31,654 nucleotides of DNA from a bacterium (GTDB lineage: Bacteria; SZUA-182; DTGQ01): assembly GCA_040752695.1 (NCBI GenBank), contig JBFMGO010000072.1, positions 1-31,654 of the forward strand. The letters run 5' to 3'. Of the stretch, positions 1-9,763 are shown in pieces. Each line of letters starts with the position of its first letter. The stretch's first letter is position 1. The notes under the pieces were generated by a model that was not told the DNA's origin, ran no database searches, and worked only from the letters and a program-made list of their open reading frames with translations. A program made the translations under genes and the position numbers.

Positions 1-36
1 TCATTTTATGCGGCCTCCCAGACGGCCTGAAAGGTT

Positions 37-79
37 CCCTCTCCCTGCTCCCTTTTATGGGAAAAGGGCAGGGTGAGGG
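37..79. repeat. GC-rich imperfect inverted repeat (CCCTCTCCC...GGGTGAGGG type REP-like hairpin)
   Basis: ccctctccctgc/gcagggtgaggg and ccctttt/aaaaggg arms can pair; intergenic. Confidence 0.5.
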
Positions 80-516
80 GGCTGACTTAGGTTGTATATC
101 TTATCTTACTTAGCAATAATAATGTTTAAGCAATAATAATGCTCGATAGCCTTTGTACTCTATACTTTATCATCTGACCAAAAAGAGCACAATATCTTAT
201 TTTAAACGCATTTCCCTTTATCCTTATCCCTTACCGAATAAAATCCATTCGATCTATAATCAGGCTTTGCAGTTGTTTCTGATCTTACTGTCTCTTTTTT
301 TTCATCCTTTCATACCTTCCTGCACATTTACCAATAATAATTTTGCTCCCATCGTTTGAAAATTATAACCTGATGGGCTATAATTTTATTATAAAATTCC
401 CTCAGGCCAGATTTTTTAATATGTTAACTTTACAGCTTACCACAAAATGGGGGGAAAACTGCAAAACAGAGGGTTAGCAGCCCATTTTGACCTTAAACAG
501 TAAAGGAGTTAAGGTT

Positions 517-1485
517 ATGAGAAAGATGTTCATTGGCAGTCTGGTTTTGTGGTTTGTAGCAATGTTGAGTCATCCAGTATTCAGTTTAGAACCGGGCATA
601 GGAATGCTGGCGGCGAGTGTGTCATCGTACCCATATGATTCTTTCAATAACACATGGAGTACTTCAAATACTCTCTGGAGTACTTCAAATACACCTTGGA
701 GCATTTCAAGTACTCCCTGGAGTACTCCAAGCACTACGTGGGGTGCAACCGGCTATACCACCGGATACTCTGATCTTTCTTCCCCTGGCTTCGGAAATTA
801 CAATATTTACTCAAGTTACTCAAATGGAGGAAGTTATAGCCTGTTTTTCCCGAATTCACCTACTACTACCAACCCCTTTGTTACCACTAATCCCTTTGTT
901 ACTACCAATCCCTTTGTTACCACTAATCCCTTTTCCTTGCCTTATTTGAATCCCCTCCCTTATCTCACGTCGTGGATTACATCTCCCTGGAGCATTCCTT
1001 CCCCCTGGTCCGGTTCTGTGTTTCAATGGCCTGGACAAGATTCAAGTACGATTCCAACGCAGCCGGAGACAACGCCATCAGAACCAGTCAAGCTTTTCGA
1101 GGTAGAACGGAGTAATTTTGCGTGGGGGTATCAACATTCCGGATTTTATATTGATAGCAAAGGGGGTGTTTACACTTATAGCAACTCTCCCTCAGGCACT
1201 GACCAGGTAACGTTTGTCAAGACGATTGCATCCTCTGTATTGGCTGAGAAAAGGAGACTCATTGAGCCAGCGAGTAAAGGAACCTATTCCGAGAAGGTAA
1301 ATGTTTCTTTTGATGCAGGCTCGAAATCTTATGTATGTTACCAATTTGATTCTACAACGGGGAAAGATAAAAAAATTGAGTTGCAAGTAACAGGAGATTG
1401 GAGCTACTCAAATCAATCAGCGGCTGCTCAAGTCCTTGTTGTCTGGTTGAAGGAAGTTGAGCAGGGGTTGCCAAGGAGTTATTAA
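517..1485 (+). CDS. Secreted hypothetical protein: low-complexity S/T/P/W/Y N-terminal half, globular C-terminal domain
   Basis: ORF 487..1485; AAAGGAG at 502-508 favours ATG 517; signal-peptide-like start MRKMFIGSLVLWFVAMLSHPVFS; C-terminal ~130 aa of normal complexity. Confidence 0.8.
   Translation: MRKMFIGSLVLWFVAMLSHPVFSLEPGIGMLAASVSSYPYDSFNNTWSTSNTLWSTSNTPWSISSTPWSTPSTTWGATGYTTGYSDLSSPGFGNYNIYSSYSNGGSYSLFFPNSPTTTNPFVTTNPFVTTNPFVTTNPFSLPYLNPLPYLTSWITSPWSIPSPWSGSVFQWPGQDSSTIPTQPETTPSEPVKLFEVERSNFAWGYQHSGFYIDSKGGVYTYSNSPSGTDQVTFVKTIASSVLAEKRRLIEPASKGTYSEKVNVSFDAGSKSYVCYQFDSTTGKDKKIELQVTGDWSYSNQSAAAQVLVVWLKEVEQGLPRSY
655..741 (+). repeat. 21-bp in-frame tandem repeat (WSTSNTx-like, Trp every 7 aa, 5 Trp)
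   Basis: tggagtacttcaaatac-like units starting at 655, 676, 697, 718, plus Trp at 739. Confidence 0.85.
865..936 (+). repeat. 18-bp in-frame tandem repeat x4 encoding TTNPF(V/S)
   Basis: actaccaacccctttgtt / accactaatccctttgtt / actaccaatccctttgtt / accactaatcccttttcc. Confidence 0.9.
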
Positions 1486-1590
1486 TATCCTCGTCAGAAG
1501 GACCCGCCTTTCATCAGTCAGATTGATCAGTAATGAGGCTGAATAGTGCTGAATAGTTGTGTAAGGTAGCTGAATGGTTACGTAAGGTAA

Positions 1591-1624
1591 AGGTATGATG
1601 GGGATTCCTGCCCCCATCATACCT
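1591..1624. terminator. 13-bp perfect hairpin between convergent genes (probable terminator or stabiliser)
   Basis: aggtatgatgggg-N8-ccccatcatacct; no clear U-tract. Confidence 0.55.
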
Positions 1625-1824
1625 AGTGTACATGAGTGAACCTGTCCTAAAATAGAGTCCTCAGTTGCCTCTCAAATTCCTTGAGGAAAGTGGGGTGGAG
1701 GCGTCGGGGGATTGGCTCGTGGTCATGCATGGTCATAATAGATAAACCATGCTGGTTGATGGATACGGCCCTATGCTCATCAGACTGCCAGGGGATGCCC
1801 GGCACCTTCCAAAGAATCCCGGAC

Positions 1825-2439
1825 TTAGATAAGAGTCAGATTGAATATTCCAGTATCGATTGCCGATCCGCCGAAACCGAAGGATACCGTGTAAGTACCT
1901 ATCATCGTTGTTGGTGAAGTAAGAATACAGTTTAAGACAATCGCATACCCGCCGCTTAAAATCGCATTTAACTCGAAAGTCGAAGAAGTAGGTATTACAC
2001 CTCTTACGTCAAACAGGGTATTCGTATAGCGGCTTCCTTGGAGGATACCTGTGCCGCTCAAAGATTGCAGTAGGGGATTTTCAATCAAATCTAAGGTCAT
2101 CGGTCCTGAATGATACAAGATAATAAAGGCTATAAAGGTGCTTTGCCAGGTACCGACCCAGGTTCCGGCCTGGGCAGCGGTACGGATTGGAACGGGAGCC
2201 ACCGCGGTAGACGCTGGAATCAGGGCGGATAGGGGGGAGATGGTTGGGATAAAAGGGTTCACCGCGAAAAAAGGGGCTGGTATGACAGGTGCAAGGAATG
2301 GATTAAAAAAGTCTCCCAGGACCGGCGCCGCAGGAGGAAGATAGAATGGAGGGTACTGGGCCTCGCTGAAAGATACACAAGCCACAGAGATGATGATAAA
2401 AAGAATGGATAAGACAATATCTCTTTTTACTCTTGTCAT
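1825..2439 (-). CDS. Secreted hypothetical protein: Pro/Phe/Ala-rich linker, then beta-rich C-terminal domain
   Basis: 204-aa ORF; signal peptide ending ...VSFSEA/Q; AGGTAGG upstream; C-terminal GTWVGTWQS...GTYTV...GIFNLTL beta-strand pattern. Confidence 0.8.
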   Translation of the reverse strand: MTRVKRDIVLSILFIIISVACVSFSEAQYPPFYLPPAAPVLGDFFNPFLAPVIPAPFFAVNPFIPTISPLSALIPASTAVAPVPIRTAAQAGTWVGTWQSTFIAFIILYHSGPMTLDLIENPLLQSLSGTGILQGSRYTNTLFDVRGVIPTSSTFELNAILSGGYAIVLNCILTSPTTMIGTYTVSFGFGGSAIDTGIFNLTLI

Positions 2440-3036
2440 AGTTGAAAAACCTACCTGTATGATTTGGGTGATTAACGGAAAATAGTAATGTCATAATACT
2501 TCGAGAATTCCCTGACTATTAAAAAAATAGAGCAGGTACGGGGTGATGAAATAATTACAGCGTAAACCTGATTCTGATGAGAGAAAGTGGTTTAGGGTGG
2601 ACTTCTATCCCTGCGGACTTGACTGCTTTTCCTGTTACCTGGATTGAACAACGATCCCATGATAAAAAGCTTTCTTTTATCCAGATTTCTATAAAAATTA
2701 ATCCAATCGAGAATCTCATGATGAGCAGGAGCGAATCAAGATGAAATGCTGTCATTTACGGGGGGCATTATGGTTAGAGAACAACCTATACTTTATATTT
2801 TAATATAAAGTAACAAGAGAAAGCAATATCAAGTTGAGTATGCTGCAAGAAGCAGGATTTCACCCATTCGAGGTAAAAAAGAGCTGACCGTAACTAACTA
2901 ACAATCTACTGCGTCCCTCATAAACGCATGAAATCTTCAAAAGGTTCATGGCAATTTTTATACATTAAGCTTCAACACCATAGCCAGGGGGGGAGATATC
3001 CTGTTACATCCCCTTTGTCCGCCAGCATTGAAAGGA

Positions 3037-3052
3037 GGGTATGAATCTTGCT
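3037..3052 (+). promoter_or_regulatory. Putative sigma-54 (-24/-12) promoter
   Basis: GGGTATGAATCTTGCT gives GG-N10-GC with TTGCT, matching TGGCACG-N4-TTGCW; ~130 bp upstream of the giant gene. Confidence 0.45.
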
Positions 3053-3123
3053 TTAGGTTAAGAGAGATGAGGTATTTGAATAGAAAATATCACACTCATG
3101 GAACGTTTCCAGAACTTAGATTG

Positions 3124-3153
3124 GCAGTTTGTATTTGATTTTCAGTAAGACCT
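3124..3153 (+). promoter_or_regulatory. Conserved bipartite upstream motif GCAGTTTGTATT-N9-GTAAGACCT (copy 1)
   Basis: Same two blocks at 9709-9739 upstream of the paralogue, while spacer and flanks differ. Confidence 0.45.
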
Positions 3154-3180
3154 CAAGTAATAAAAGTGGAGGTAAAATCA

Positions 3181-6100
3181 ATGAGTACGTACGAACCCTT
3201 GGACTTAACACGTTACTGCCTGAGAAAAGTTGCTCACAGGCTTGGCTGTCTCTGGTTAGTTCTCTTCCTGATCGCGGGGTTTGGCATGGCTGACATTGTT
3301 TGCAATGCGGGCCTGGCTGAAGCCGCAACTACAGGTGCGATTCAGGGGAAGATTCTTGAACAGGGTGGTCGGCCTTTGGCAAATATCCAGGTCATGGCTT
3401 TAAAACAAGAACCTTACGGCGGGATTCCTGCCTTTTATGGCGGCTTGCCATATTCCGATCTATTCAATTATCCGCCCTGGACTCCTGAAGAGATGAGTAC
3501 CCCAGGGTCCTCCTTTTATTCCTATGGTTACAGTGGCACAATCTACGGCTATCCCATTTCCCCCGCCGGAGCATCTGCCGCACCTGACTTTTCTCAGCCT
3601 TATCGTACCTCAAGCAAGGCGGATGGAACCTTTCTTCTGAGCAATCTGCCGGAGGGAAGGTACAATCTGTGGGCCTACGATACAAAGGGACGGGGATTCG
3701 AGCCTGTCATATTCGGCGTCGTTGGTGATCAGACAGGGTCAGCCTTGCTCGCCTATTCCTATTCATCCTATTCCTATTCGACGCAGAATATCCTGATCAA
3801 GGTCAGTGCCGGGAATACAGCCGGGCCGTTTACCATGACCATGTCATTGGGCGGCACGCTATCGGGCAGGGTAACCGATGCAGACAGCGGCCTGGCAATC
3901 AAAGGTGCCGCGGTCCAGGCTTATCCTCAGCCAGAGGTAAATGATGTCTATAGTTATAGAGGCGCTCCCCCTCGTTTTTTTGCACTTACTGATAGTAACG
4001 GCAATTATACCTTCAATGGCCTGCCAGAGGGGAAAAACCTGGTGACGGTCATGTGGGCCGAAGGGTATATAGCCGGTTATTTATCTTCTCCAACCTTCGA
4101 TGAAACAACCTTCGAAGTAGTAGCCGGTCAGGAAACGAGCGGCTGCAATCTGACTCAGAAGGCCGGCGGCACGATTTCCGGCAGAGTTACCAGTCAGGTT
4201 GACGGAAAACCTGTTTCCGGTGCCCAGATCAATTGCTCCAAGATCATGGACAACGTTTACGGCTACTACACGCAGTCTGCGCCGATCGTAAGCGGAACGG
4301 ATGGTACCTACCGCATAAGCGGTCTTGAGCCGGGCATGTATGTTCCCATGGTCGAGTATGCTTCCGGCTTCCAGGGAGCTTACTATCCGAATACGCAGGA
4401 TGCGGAGCAGGCCGGTGAGATCCAGGTCGAAGGAGGAAAAGAAATCGGCTCCATCGATTTTCAACTCGCTCCATCAAAAAGCAAGGGAATCATCCGCGGG
4501 CAGGTCATCGATAAGCAAAGCGGACTTCCCCTGGCCGGAATTCAGGTCAATCTGAATCAGGCGTATTATCCTTATCCCGCATATCCCCTGTACGCTTCTA
4601 CCTCGTCTTATTCCCCGTATGGGAGCGGGCTCCTCCTGAGAAACAGGGCTGAAGTGGCAGTATCAGCCCCGGTCGCAGTACCGGGTTCCGCGCCGGTGGC
4701 AGTATCGACTACAGTAACGGTCAATGGAACCGGCGTCTCTTCCACTTCCCCGGCAGGGAATGCTTCTTATGGGATTACAGCCACCAGGGTAGCTGCTGAT
4801 ACGGTCAATGTCAATGTCAATACCACTACCGCTGCCGCTCCTGCATCCGCACCTCTTCTGGTTTCTGGGCCAGTGGCCGTACCACCACCGCCTCCGGCAG
4901 ATACCGTTGTTGCACCGACATCCTTCATGTCTGCCACCAGCGGCGTTGGAGGAGCCGTCTCCATATACGGTGGAGTCAGCGCTTATCCCAGCGTCCTGCC
5001 CAGTGTCTATGAGTCTCCTTTGCCTCCGCTGGATCGCCCCGGCCCCTATTCGATTCAGACCGACCAACAGGGAAGGTTTGAATTTACCGGGCTGGCGGAC
5101 GGTGAATACTCTCTCAACGTTTATGACATGAAAGGTACATACCTTTACGCCAATTATCCGGAATACACCAAGGACAGCCGGACCGGATACTATACGATGG
5201 GATCCCTCAAGCTGTCTTCAGAAAAGCCCGTCATCGGCGATATCGAGATTCCCCTGCGCAAGGGAGGATGTCTGCAAGGCAAGGTCGTGGCCGGCTCCGC
5301 TTCTTTGGCCGGAGTCCAGGTCATGGTTATCAGAACAAGCTCCGGTGGTGTATACACCAGCTATGGCTACTCCGGGATATCGGACATAACCGATACGGCC
5401 GGGGAATTTAGCATCTGCGGCCTGGAAGAGGGAGAGTATACTCTGTTGGCCTCGTATCAGACGGGGTCTCAAAACTATATGCCGACCTACTGCGCAGAGG
5501 GGGAAAAGCCACGTGTTTTCGAAGTCTCCGAAGGCAGCACCACCGGCAAAATAGTTATTTCCATGAAGACGGGCGCTTCCATCAGCGGAAAGGTCGTTGA
5601 TAAGGCTGGCAACCCACTAGCCGGTATTATGGTAAGCGCAGAAGTCGAGTGGAAAGATCCCGGTCAGGAACCTGACCGGAGCATGGACCCCTATTACTAC
5701 CTCGCATATCCGGCCAGCCGTGCCTTGACCGCTGAAGATGGAACCTATACGGTAAATGGCCTGTCTGCAGGAACCTACACCCTGAGGACAAGTGATCAGA
5801 AGGGCGAGTATCAGGAAGATTGCTGCTCCGGCCTCAAGGTAACTCCTCCGGGAAAGACTTTCGCACCCAATATGGTTATGCCTAGAAGCGTGGCTCTATC
5901 CGGAAAGGTATTTTCTCAGGATGGCCAGCCACTGTCTGGCATCTACGTTTCCGCAAGAGCTGTTAGCTCTTATAATTCCGATGATAAGGTTAATAGCGCT
6001 TCCGGCTCATGCAGCAGTTATCAGAGGTCCTATGGCGATGCCCGCACCCAGGAGGACGGCACTTACCGGATAACCGGGATTGCAGCCGGAAATTATCAGT

Positions 6101-9100
6101 TGGATGCATATGATCAGGATAATAATTACTTATCCTCTACCTATCGTGCAGCCGATACCGGACCCATACCGGGCACAGTAACCGTGACGGCAGGAGAAGA
6201 GAAGGCCAACCTTGACTTCCATCTTACTCTGGGAGGAACGATCCAGGGTACTATCCGTGATGCCATCACTGGTCAGCCGGTTTCCGGTTTGATGGTTACG
6301 GCGATATGGGAAGGGCCCTTGGGATCATCCGATCAGCCCTATTATTCATATTACGGCAAGCCGGATGACAGATATGGTGCCGTTGCCACGTCGGATACCG
6401 GATATGCCGTCGCTGGATATCCATCTGCCGGATACACCGGCGAGTACGCTTCTGAGTACAAACCCGGCTATACCCCGGAGCCTCTTCCGCCTGAAGGATT
6501 TATTCCACCGGAAACGAACTTGAGAGAAACAGTGGAAACTGTGCGGGCAGAGGACAATGGAGAATTGTACATCAAGGTATACAGAGGTGAGATAGGTGAT
6601 GAAGTGAAGATTCCGGTCATTATAAGGACCGCGTCTCACGAGGTTTCCAGCCTTGGCTTTGAAATGACATATGATCCGGGTGTCCTGGAGTTCCAGGGCT
6701 TTACCAGAGGAGATCTGGTATCTTCCTTTGCCATGTTCGACGTTTCTCTGGCCGATCCCGGTAGACTGAGAGTGGGTGGATATTCCTTTACCAAACCTAT
6801 TGCGAAAGACACTTGTGATGTCCTGGTCTGGATGCAATTTAAGGTTTACGGTGAGTCGCAAGATGAATGTACACCTATGGAAGTGACCAACCTTGTCGAT
6901 GATCTGCTGCAGTTCACCTCCCAGGCGGGATACTTTTGCACCGGTGATGCCGAGCCTGTGGGAATGCTACAACCGACCGTGGGACGTACTATTATACCGC
7001 TTCCCTACGATCCCGTGTTGACAACGACAGCTTCTGCCATGCCGGCCTCGGCCACGCTCGCCGAGCCCATGCCTGTGATGGTCACCCCTTCGTCCTCTCC
7101 GGTAGTCGTACCCTCTACGCTTCCTACAGTAGTCGTACCCCCTCCGGTGTCGACCTCTACCAGCTATTATCCGGGGCAATCCTATTCAGCCGCCGTTGAC
7201 AGTCAGGGTAATTACCGCCTGGCCGGGCTTGCGGCTGGTAGATACATTGTTTACGTTTCAGCCGAGTCAACCGGGAAAAACTATATATCCCAGTACTATT
7301 CGGGTGTCAGCAGTGCACAGGAAGCGACCCGGCTTGAAGTCGATGCATCGCAAACCATCGAGCATATCGATTTTAACCTGTCACCAGGCGTTATCCTCGA
7401 GGGCACGGTCAAGGATGCCGAAACCGGACAGCCCATAACAGGAGGTTCGTGCATAGTTACTCTGGTTGACGAGATAGGAATTGAAGTGATGAAGACCTAC
7501 ACCGCCTTTTCCGGGGGGTACAGATTCGTCGGTCTCCGGCCGGGCACCTACCTGATCAGGACCGACTGTTACAATGATTACTATCCTGGGTATTATTGCA
7601 AGGACACGGCTGATCCGCAGGTATCCGGTCCAACCAATATCTCCGTCTCTCTGCCCGGGCCTGTAGCAGGAATCGATATCTTCCTCCAGCCCAAGGCATC
7701 GATCAGCGGACGAGTGGTGGACGAATTCGATCAGAAACCGCTGACCGGTATCACCGTCATGGCCATGCCTGCCGTGAATCCATATGCGAAACCCTCTGAG
7801 GTTCCTGGAAAGTCTACAGTTTTTGTGGACTATCCTGCAGGATCTCCAGTATCCTCTGCCGGTTCTTATCCGTCTGATCCATATTACTCCTACTCCTCAT
7901 ATCCATCTTCTATATCCGATTATCCTTATCCGTATGGATACAGCTATTATTATCGGTCGGCGACAACCGACGCCGATGGCCTGTATACACTCAAGGGCCT
8001 GGAGGAAGGTGATTATGTGATCATGGCTCTTGATTATTCACATATCTATGCCAGGGAATATTATAAGGACGTTCCTTTGAACCAGTCCGAGAAGGCCACC
8101 GTCATCCATGTAGGCAAATCGGGGAATACCGGTGGAATCGATCTGGAACTTCAGGTAGGGGACATCTATACCGGCCAAGACGAAACGCTCGTCTCCAACG
8201 GGACTTATCCTGTAGGCGGACTCTATGGCGCATCATCCTATGGCGGTTATCCCTCTTATCCTTTAGCTTATGCTGGCAGCAGTAACTCCTATTATAACCT
8301 TACATCTACCGGCAGCAGTGCCGGACTGGGTTTATCCGGTGACGACAGGCAAGCTCAATGGTATGGCAGCTCCTACGGATCAACAACAGGAGTTCCGAAT
8401 CAAGGGTATCAACCGTCAACCCAACCAACGCTGCCTCCGGCGGCAGGGGCGGTACCGTCAAATGTTCCTTCACCCGAGATCATCTCATCCAATTCCGTAG
8501 AGACGATTAAGGCAGGCCGCACCTTCAGCTATGAAATCAAGGTTAAGGATTCCGATGCGGCTCCTCTCAAGTACGTCCTGATGCATGGTCCGGAAGGTAT
8601 GACTATCGATGATTCAGGCAAGGTTCAATGGAATCCGTCCAACAGTGATGCCGGACCGGCCATCATCCAGGTAAAGGTCGATAATGGCGCAGGGCAGGTA
8701 GCCTTACAGGCTTTCCGCCTGGGTGTCGAAGCGGATACCACACCGCCTGAGGATATTACAGTCCTGAAAACAGCGCAAGGGGACAAAAAGGTTACCCTTT
8801 CCTGGACGCCCAGCATGAATGCCGAAGGGGACCTTGCTGATCAGATCCTGTACATCAAGGAAGGGAATAATGCGTACGGATCAGGGATCAGCCTTGGGAA
8901 AGCTACAGGCAGCTATACGGTGGAAAACCTGAAAAATGATCTGGTCTACACCTTCAAAATCACAACCAGCGATGAGCTGGAGAATGAAAGCAGGGGAGTG
9001 ACCGCCACGGCAACTCCTGCCAGGCAGCAGACAGCCAATACAGGGAACCAGGGGAACCAGTGGTCATTGTGGAACTCTTCATTATCAGGGCTTTCATTAT

Positions 9101-9447
9101 GGCTTGTTTCCTCCAACTCTCTGTTCGGCTTGAATAATGCTTCAATAACGGGCCTTTGGGGAGTCTTGCCATATTCAACCTGGTCTGCAACAGGCTCCAG
9201 GTCCTCATTATCCTCATGGTCATCATCAACGCTTTTTTCTAACAGCAGTACTTCCACGTTAGGCCTGTGGAACACTTCCCCGGTTACCTCTGTATGGGGG
9301 AATTATTCCACGAATTCTTCGAATTCTTCAGCGGGACTTTTTGGCAATAATTCTCTCTGGAATTCAAGCTCATCAAGTGCCGGTAATTTATTTACGAATC
9401 AAGATTACCGATCACGGAGCGTGCAGCCGTGGAATTTATTCTATTAA
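3181..9447 (+). CDS. Giant secreted/surface protein: 10 carboxypeptidase-regulatory-like (CnaB/transthyretin-like) repeats, inserted cohesin-like domain, Ig-like (He_PIG-type) domain, FN3 domain, S/N/W-rich tail
   Basis: 2093-aa ORF; GGAGG 3168-3172 favours ATG 3181; N-terminal hydrophobic segment; 10x GxIxGxVxD..G.P..G..V ... TD.xGxY.I.GL..GxY; PEII..AGRTFSYEI..GPEGMTIDDSGKVQW; DTTPP..GDKKVTLSWTPS..YTVENLKND..YTFKITT. Confidence 0.9.
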   Translation: MSTYEPLDLTRYCLRKVAHRLGCLWLVLFLIAGFGMADIVCNAGLAEAATTGAIQGKILEQGGRPLANIQVMALKQEPYGGIPAFYGGLPYSDLFNYPPWTPEEMSTPGSSFYSYGYSGTIYGYPISPAGASAAPDFSQPYRTSSKADGTFLLSNLPEGRYNLWAYDTKGRGFEPVIFGVVGDQTGSALLAYSYSSYSYSTQNILIKVSAGNTAGPFTMTMSLGGTLSGRVTDADSGLAIKGAAVQAYPQPEVNDVYSYRGAPPRFFALTDSNGNYTFNGLPEGKNLVTVMWAEGYIAGYLSSPTFDETTFEVVAGQETSGCNLTQKAGGTISGRVTSQVDGKPVSGAQINCSKIMDNVYGYYTQSAPIVSGTDGTYRISGLEPGMYVPMVEYASGFQGAYYPNTQDAEQAGEIQVEGGKEIGSIDFQLAPSKSKGIIRGQVIDKQSGLPLAGIQVNLNQAYYPYPAYPLYASTSSYSPYGSGLLLRNRAEVAVSAPVAVPGSAPVAVSTTVTVNGTGVSSTSPAGNASYGITATRVAADTVNVNVNTTTAAAPASAPLLVSGPVAVPPPPPADTVVAPTSFMSATSGVGGAVSIYGGVSAYPSVLPSVYESPLPPLDRPGPYSIQTDQQGRFEFTGLADGEYSLNVYDMKGTYLYANYPEYTKDSRTGYYTMGSLKLSSEKPVIGDIEIPLRKGGCLQGKVVAGSASLAGVQVMVIRTSSGGVYTSYGYSGISDITDTAGEFSICGLEEGEYTLLASYQTGSQNYMPTYCAEGEKPRVFEVSEGSTTGKIVISMKTGASISGKVVDKAGNPLAGIMVSAEVEWKDPGQEPDRSMDPYYYLAYPASRALTAEDGTYTVNGLSAGTYTLRTSDQKGEYQEDCCSGLKVTPPGKTFAPNMVMPRSVALSGKVFSQDGQPLSGIYVSARAVSSYNSDDKVNSASGSCSSYQRSYGDARTQEDGTYRITGIAAGNYQLDAYDQDNNYLSSTYRAADTGPIPGTVTVTAGEEKANLDFHLTLGGTIQGTIRDAITGQPVSGLMVTAIWEGPLGSSDQPYYSYYGKPDDRYGAVATSDTGYAVAGYPSAGYTGEYASEYKPGYTPEPLPPEGFIPPETNLRETVETVRAEDNGELYIKVYRGEIGDEVKIPVIIRTASHEVSSLGFEMTYDPGVLEFQGFTRGDLVSSFAMFDVSLADPGRLRVGGYSFTKPIAKDTCDVLVWMQFKVYGESQDECTPMEVTNLVDDLLQFTSQAGYFCTGDAEPVGMLQPTVGRTIIPLPYDPVLTTTASAMPASATLAEPMPVMVTPSSSPVVVPSTLPTVVVPPPVSTSTSYYPGQSYSAAVDSQGNYRLAGLAAGRYIVYVSAESTGKNYISQYYSGVSSAQEATRLEVDASQTIEHIDFNLSPGVILEGTVKDAETGQPITGGSCIVTLVDEIGIEVMKTYTAFSGGYRFVGLRPGTYLIRTDCYNDYYPGYYCKDTADPQVSGPTNISVSLPGPVAGIDIFLQPKASISGRVVDEFDQKPLTGITVMAMPAVNPYAKPSEVPGKSTVFVDYPAGSPVSSAGSYPSDPYYSYSSYPSSISDYPYPYGYSYYYRSATTDADGLYTLKGLEEGDYVIMALDYSHIYAREYYKDVPLNQSEKATVIHVGKSGNTGGIDLELQVGDIYTGQDETLVSNGTYPVGGLYGASSYGGYPSYPLAYAGSSNSYYNLTSTGSSAGLGLSGDDRQAQWYGSSYGSTTGVPNQGYQPSTQPTLPPAAGAVPSNVPSPEIISSNSVETIKAGRTFSYEIKVKDSDAAPLKYVLMHGPEGMTIDDSGKVQWNPSNSDAGPAIIQVKVDNGAGQVALQAFRLGVEADTTPPEDITVLKTAQGDKKVTLSWTPSMNAEGDLADQILYIKEGNNAYGSGISLGKATGSYTVENLKNDLVYTFKITTSDELENESRGVTATATPARQQTANTGNQGNQWSLWNSSLSGLSLWLVSSNSLFGLNNASITGLWGVLPYSTWSATGSRSSLSSWSSSTLFSNSSTSTLGLWNTSPVTSVWGNYSTNSSNSSAGLFGNNSLWNSSSSSAGNLFTNQDYRSRSVQPWNLFY
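6562..6945 (+). other. Cohesin-like domain inserted inside repeat 8 of the giant protein
   Basis: GEIGDEVKIPVII..VSSLGFEMTYDPGVLEFQG..GDLV..PGRLRVGG..LVWMQFKV fits the cohesin pattern; absent from the paralogue. Confidence 0.7.
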
Positions 9448-9482
9448 TGCTCTCCCTGTGAGAGAGAATAGTGTTGCTCATC

Positions 9483-9515
9483 TTGCCTGGCCCAAAGCTT
9501 CTTTGGGCCAGGCAA
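9483..9515. terminator. 15-bp perfect hairpin downstream of giant gene 1
   Basis: ttgcctggcccaaag-ctt-ctttgggccaggcaa. Confidence 0.65.
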
Positions 9516-9565
9516 AATCGCCTGCTAAGTAACTGGTGCAATCGCGCAGGGAAATCTCGATCTGC

Positions 9566-9683
9566 TTCATTTTCTCCTCATTCTCCCTCCTCCTCGTTTT
9601 CCTCATCCTCCCGCTCTTTCTCCTGCTCTTCATCATCATCATCATCTTCTTCCTTATCCTCCCTCTTCATCCTTCCTCTTTTC
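9566..9683. repeat. Polypyrimidine / trinucleotide-like tract (possible acidic micro-ORF on the minus strand, 9578..9670)
   Basis: Almost only C/T on +, including (atc)5; minus strand reads MKREDKEEDDDDDEEQEKEREDEENEEEGE. Confidence 0.6.
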
Positions 9684-9708
9684 AATTTTGTATGAATTAT
9701 TCGTATGA

Positions 9709-9739
9709 GCAGTTTGTATTACCATTTGTCGTAAGACCT
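9709..9739 (+). promoter_or_regulatory. Conserved bipartite upstream motif GCAGTTTGTATT-N10-GTAAGACCT (copy 2)
   Basis: Identical blocks to 3124-3153. Confidence 0.45.
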
Positions 9740-9763
9740 TGAAAAAGTATGGAGGTAAGGTTA

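Noticed and set aside
153..359. 68-aa TTG-start ORF
   Set aside because: AT-rich intergenic DNA, no SD, no motif
448..463. Sigma-54-like TGG-N10-GCA upstream of the first gene
   Set aside because: Only the GG/GC spacing matches; the -24 block is a G run, too weak to call
2555..2755. 66-aa minus-strand ORF, and a riboswitch search in the 740-bp intergenic region 2440-3180
   Set aside because: No convincing SD or motif; only a partial GGGACGCA match to c-di-GMP-I without the rest of the structure. An Rfam scan would be decisive
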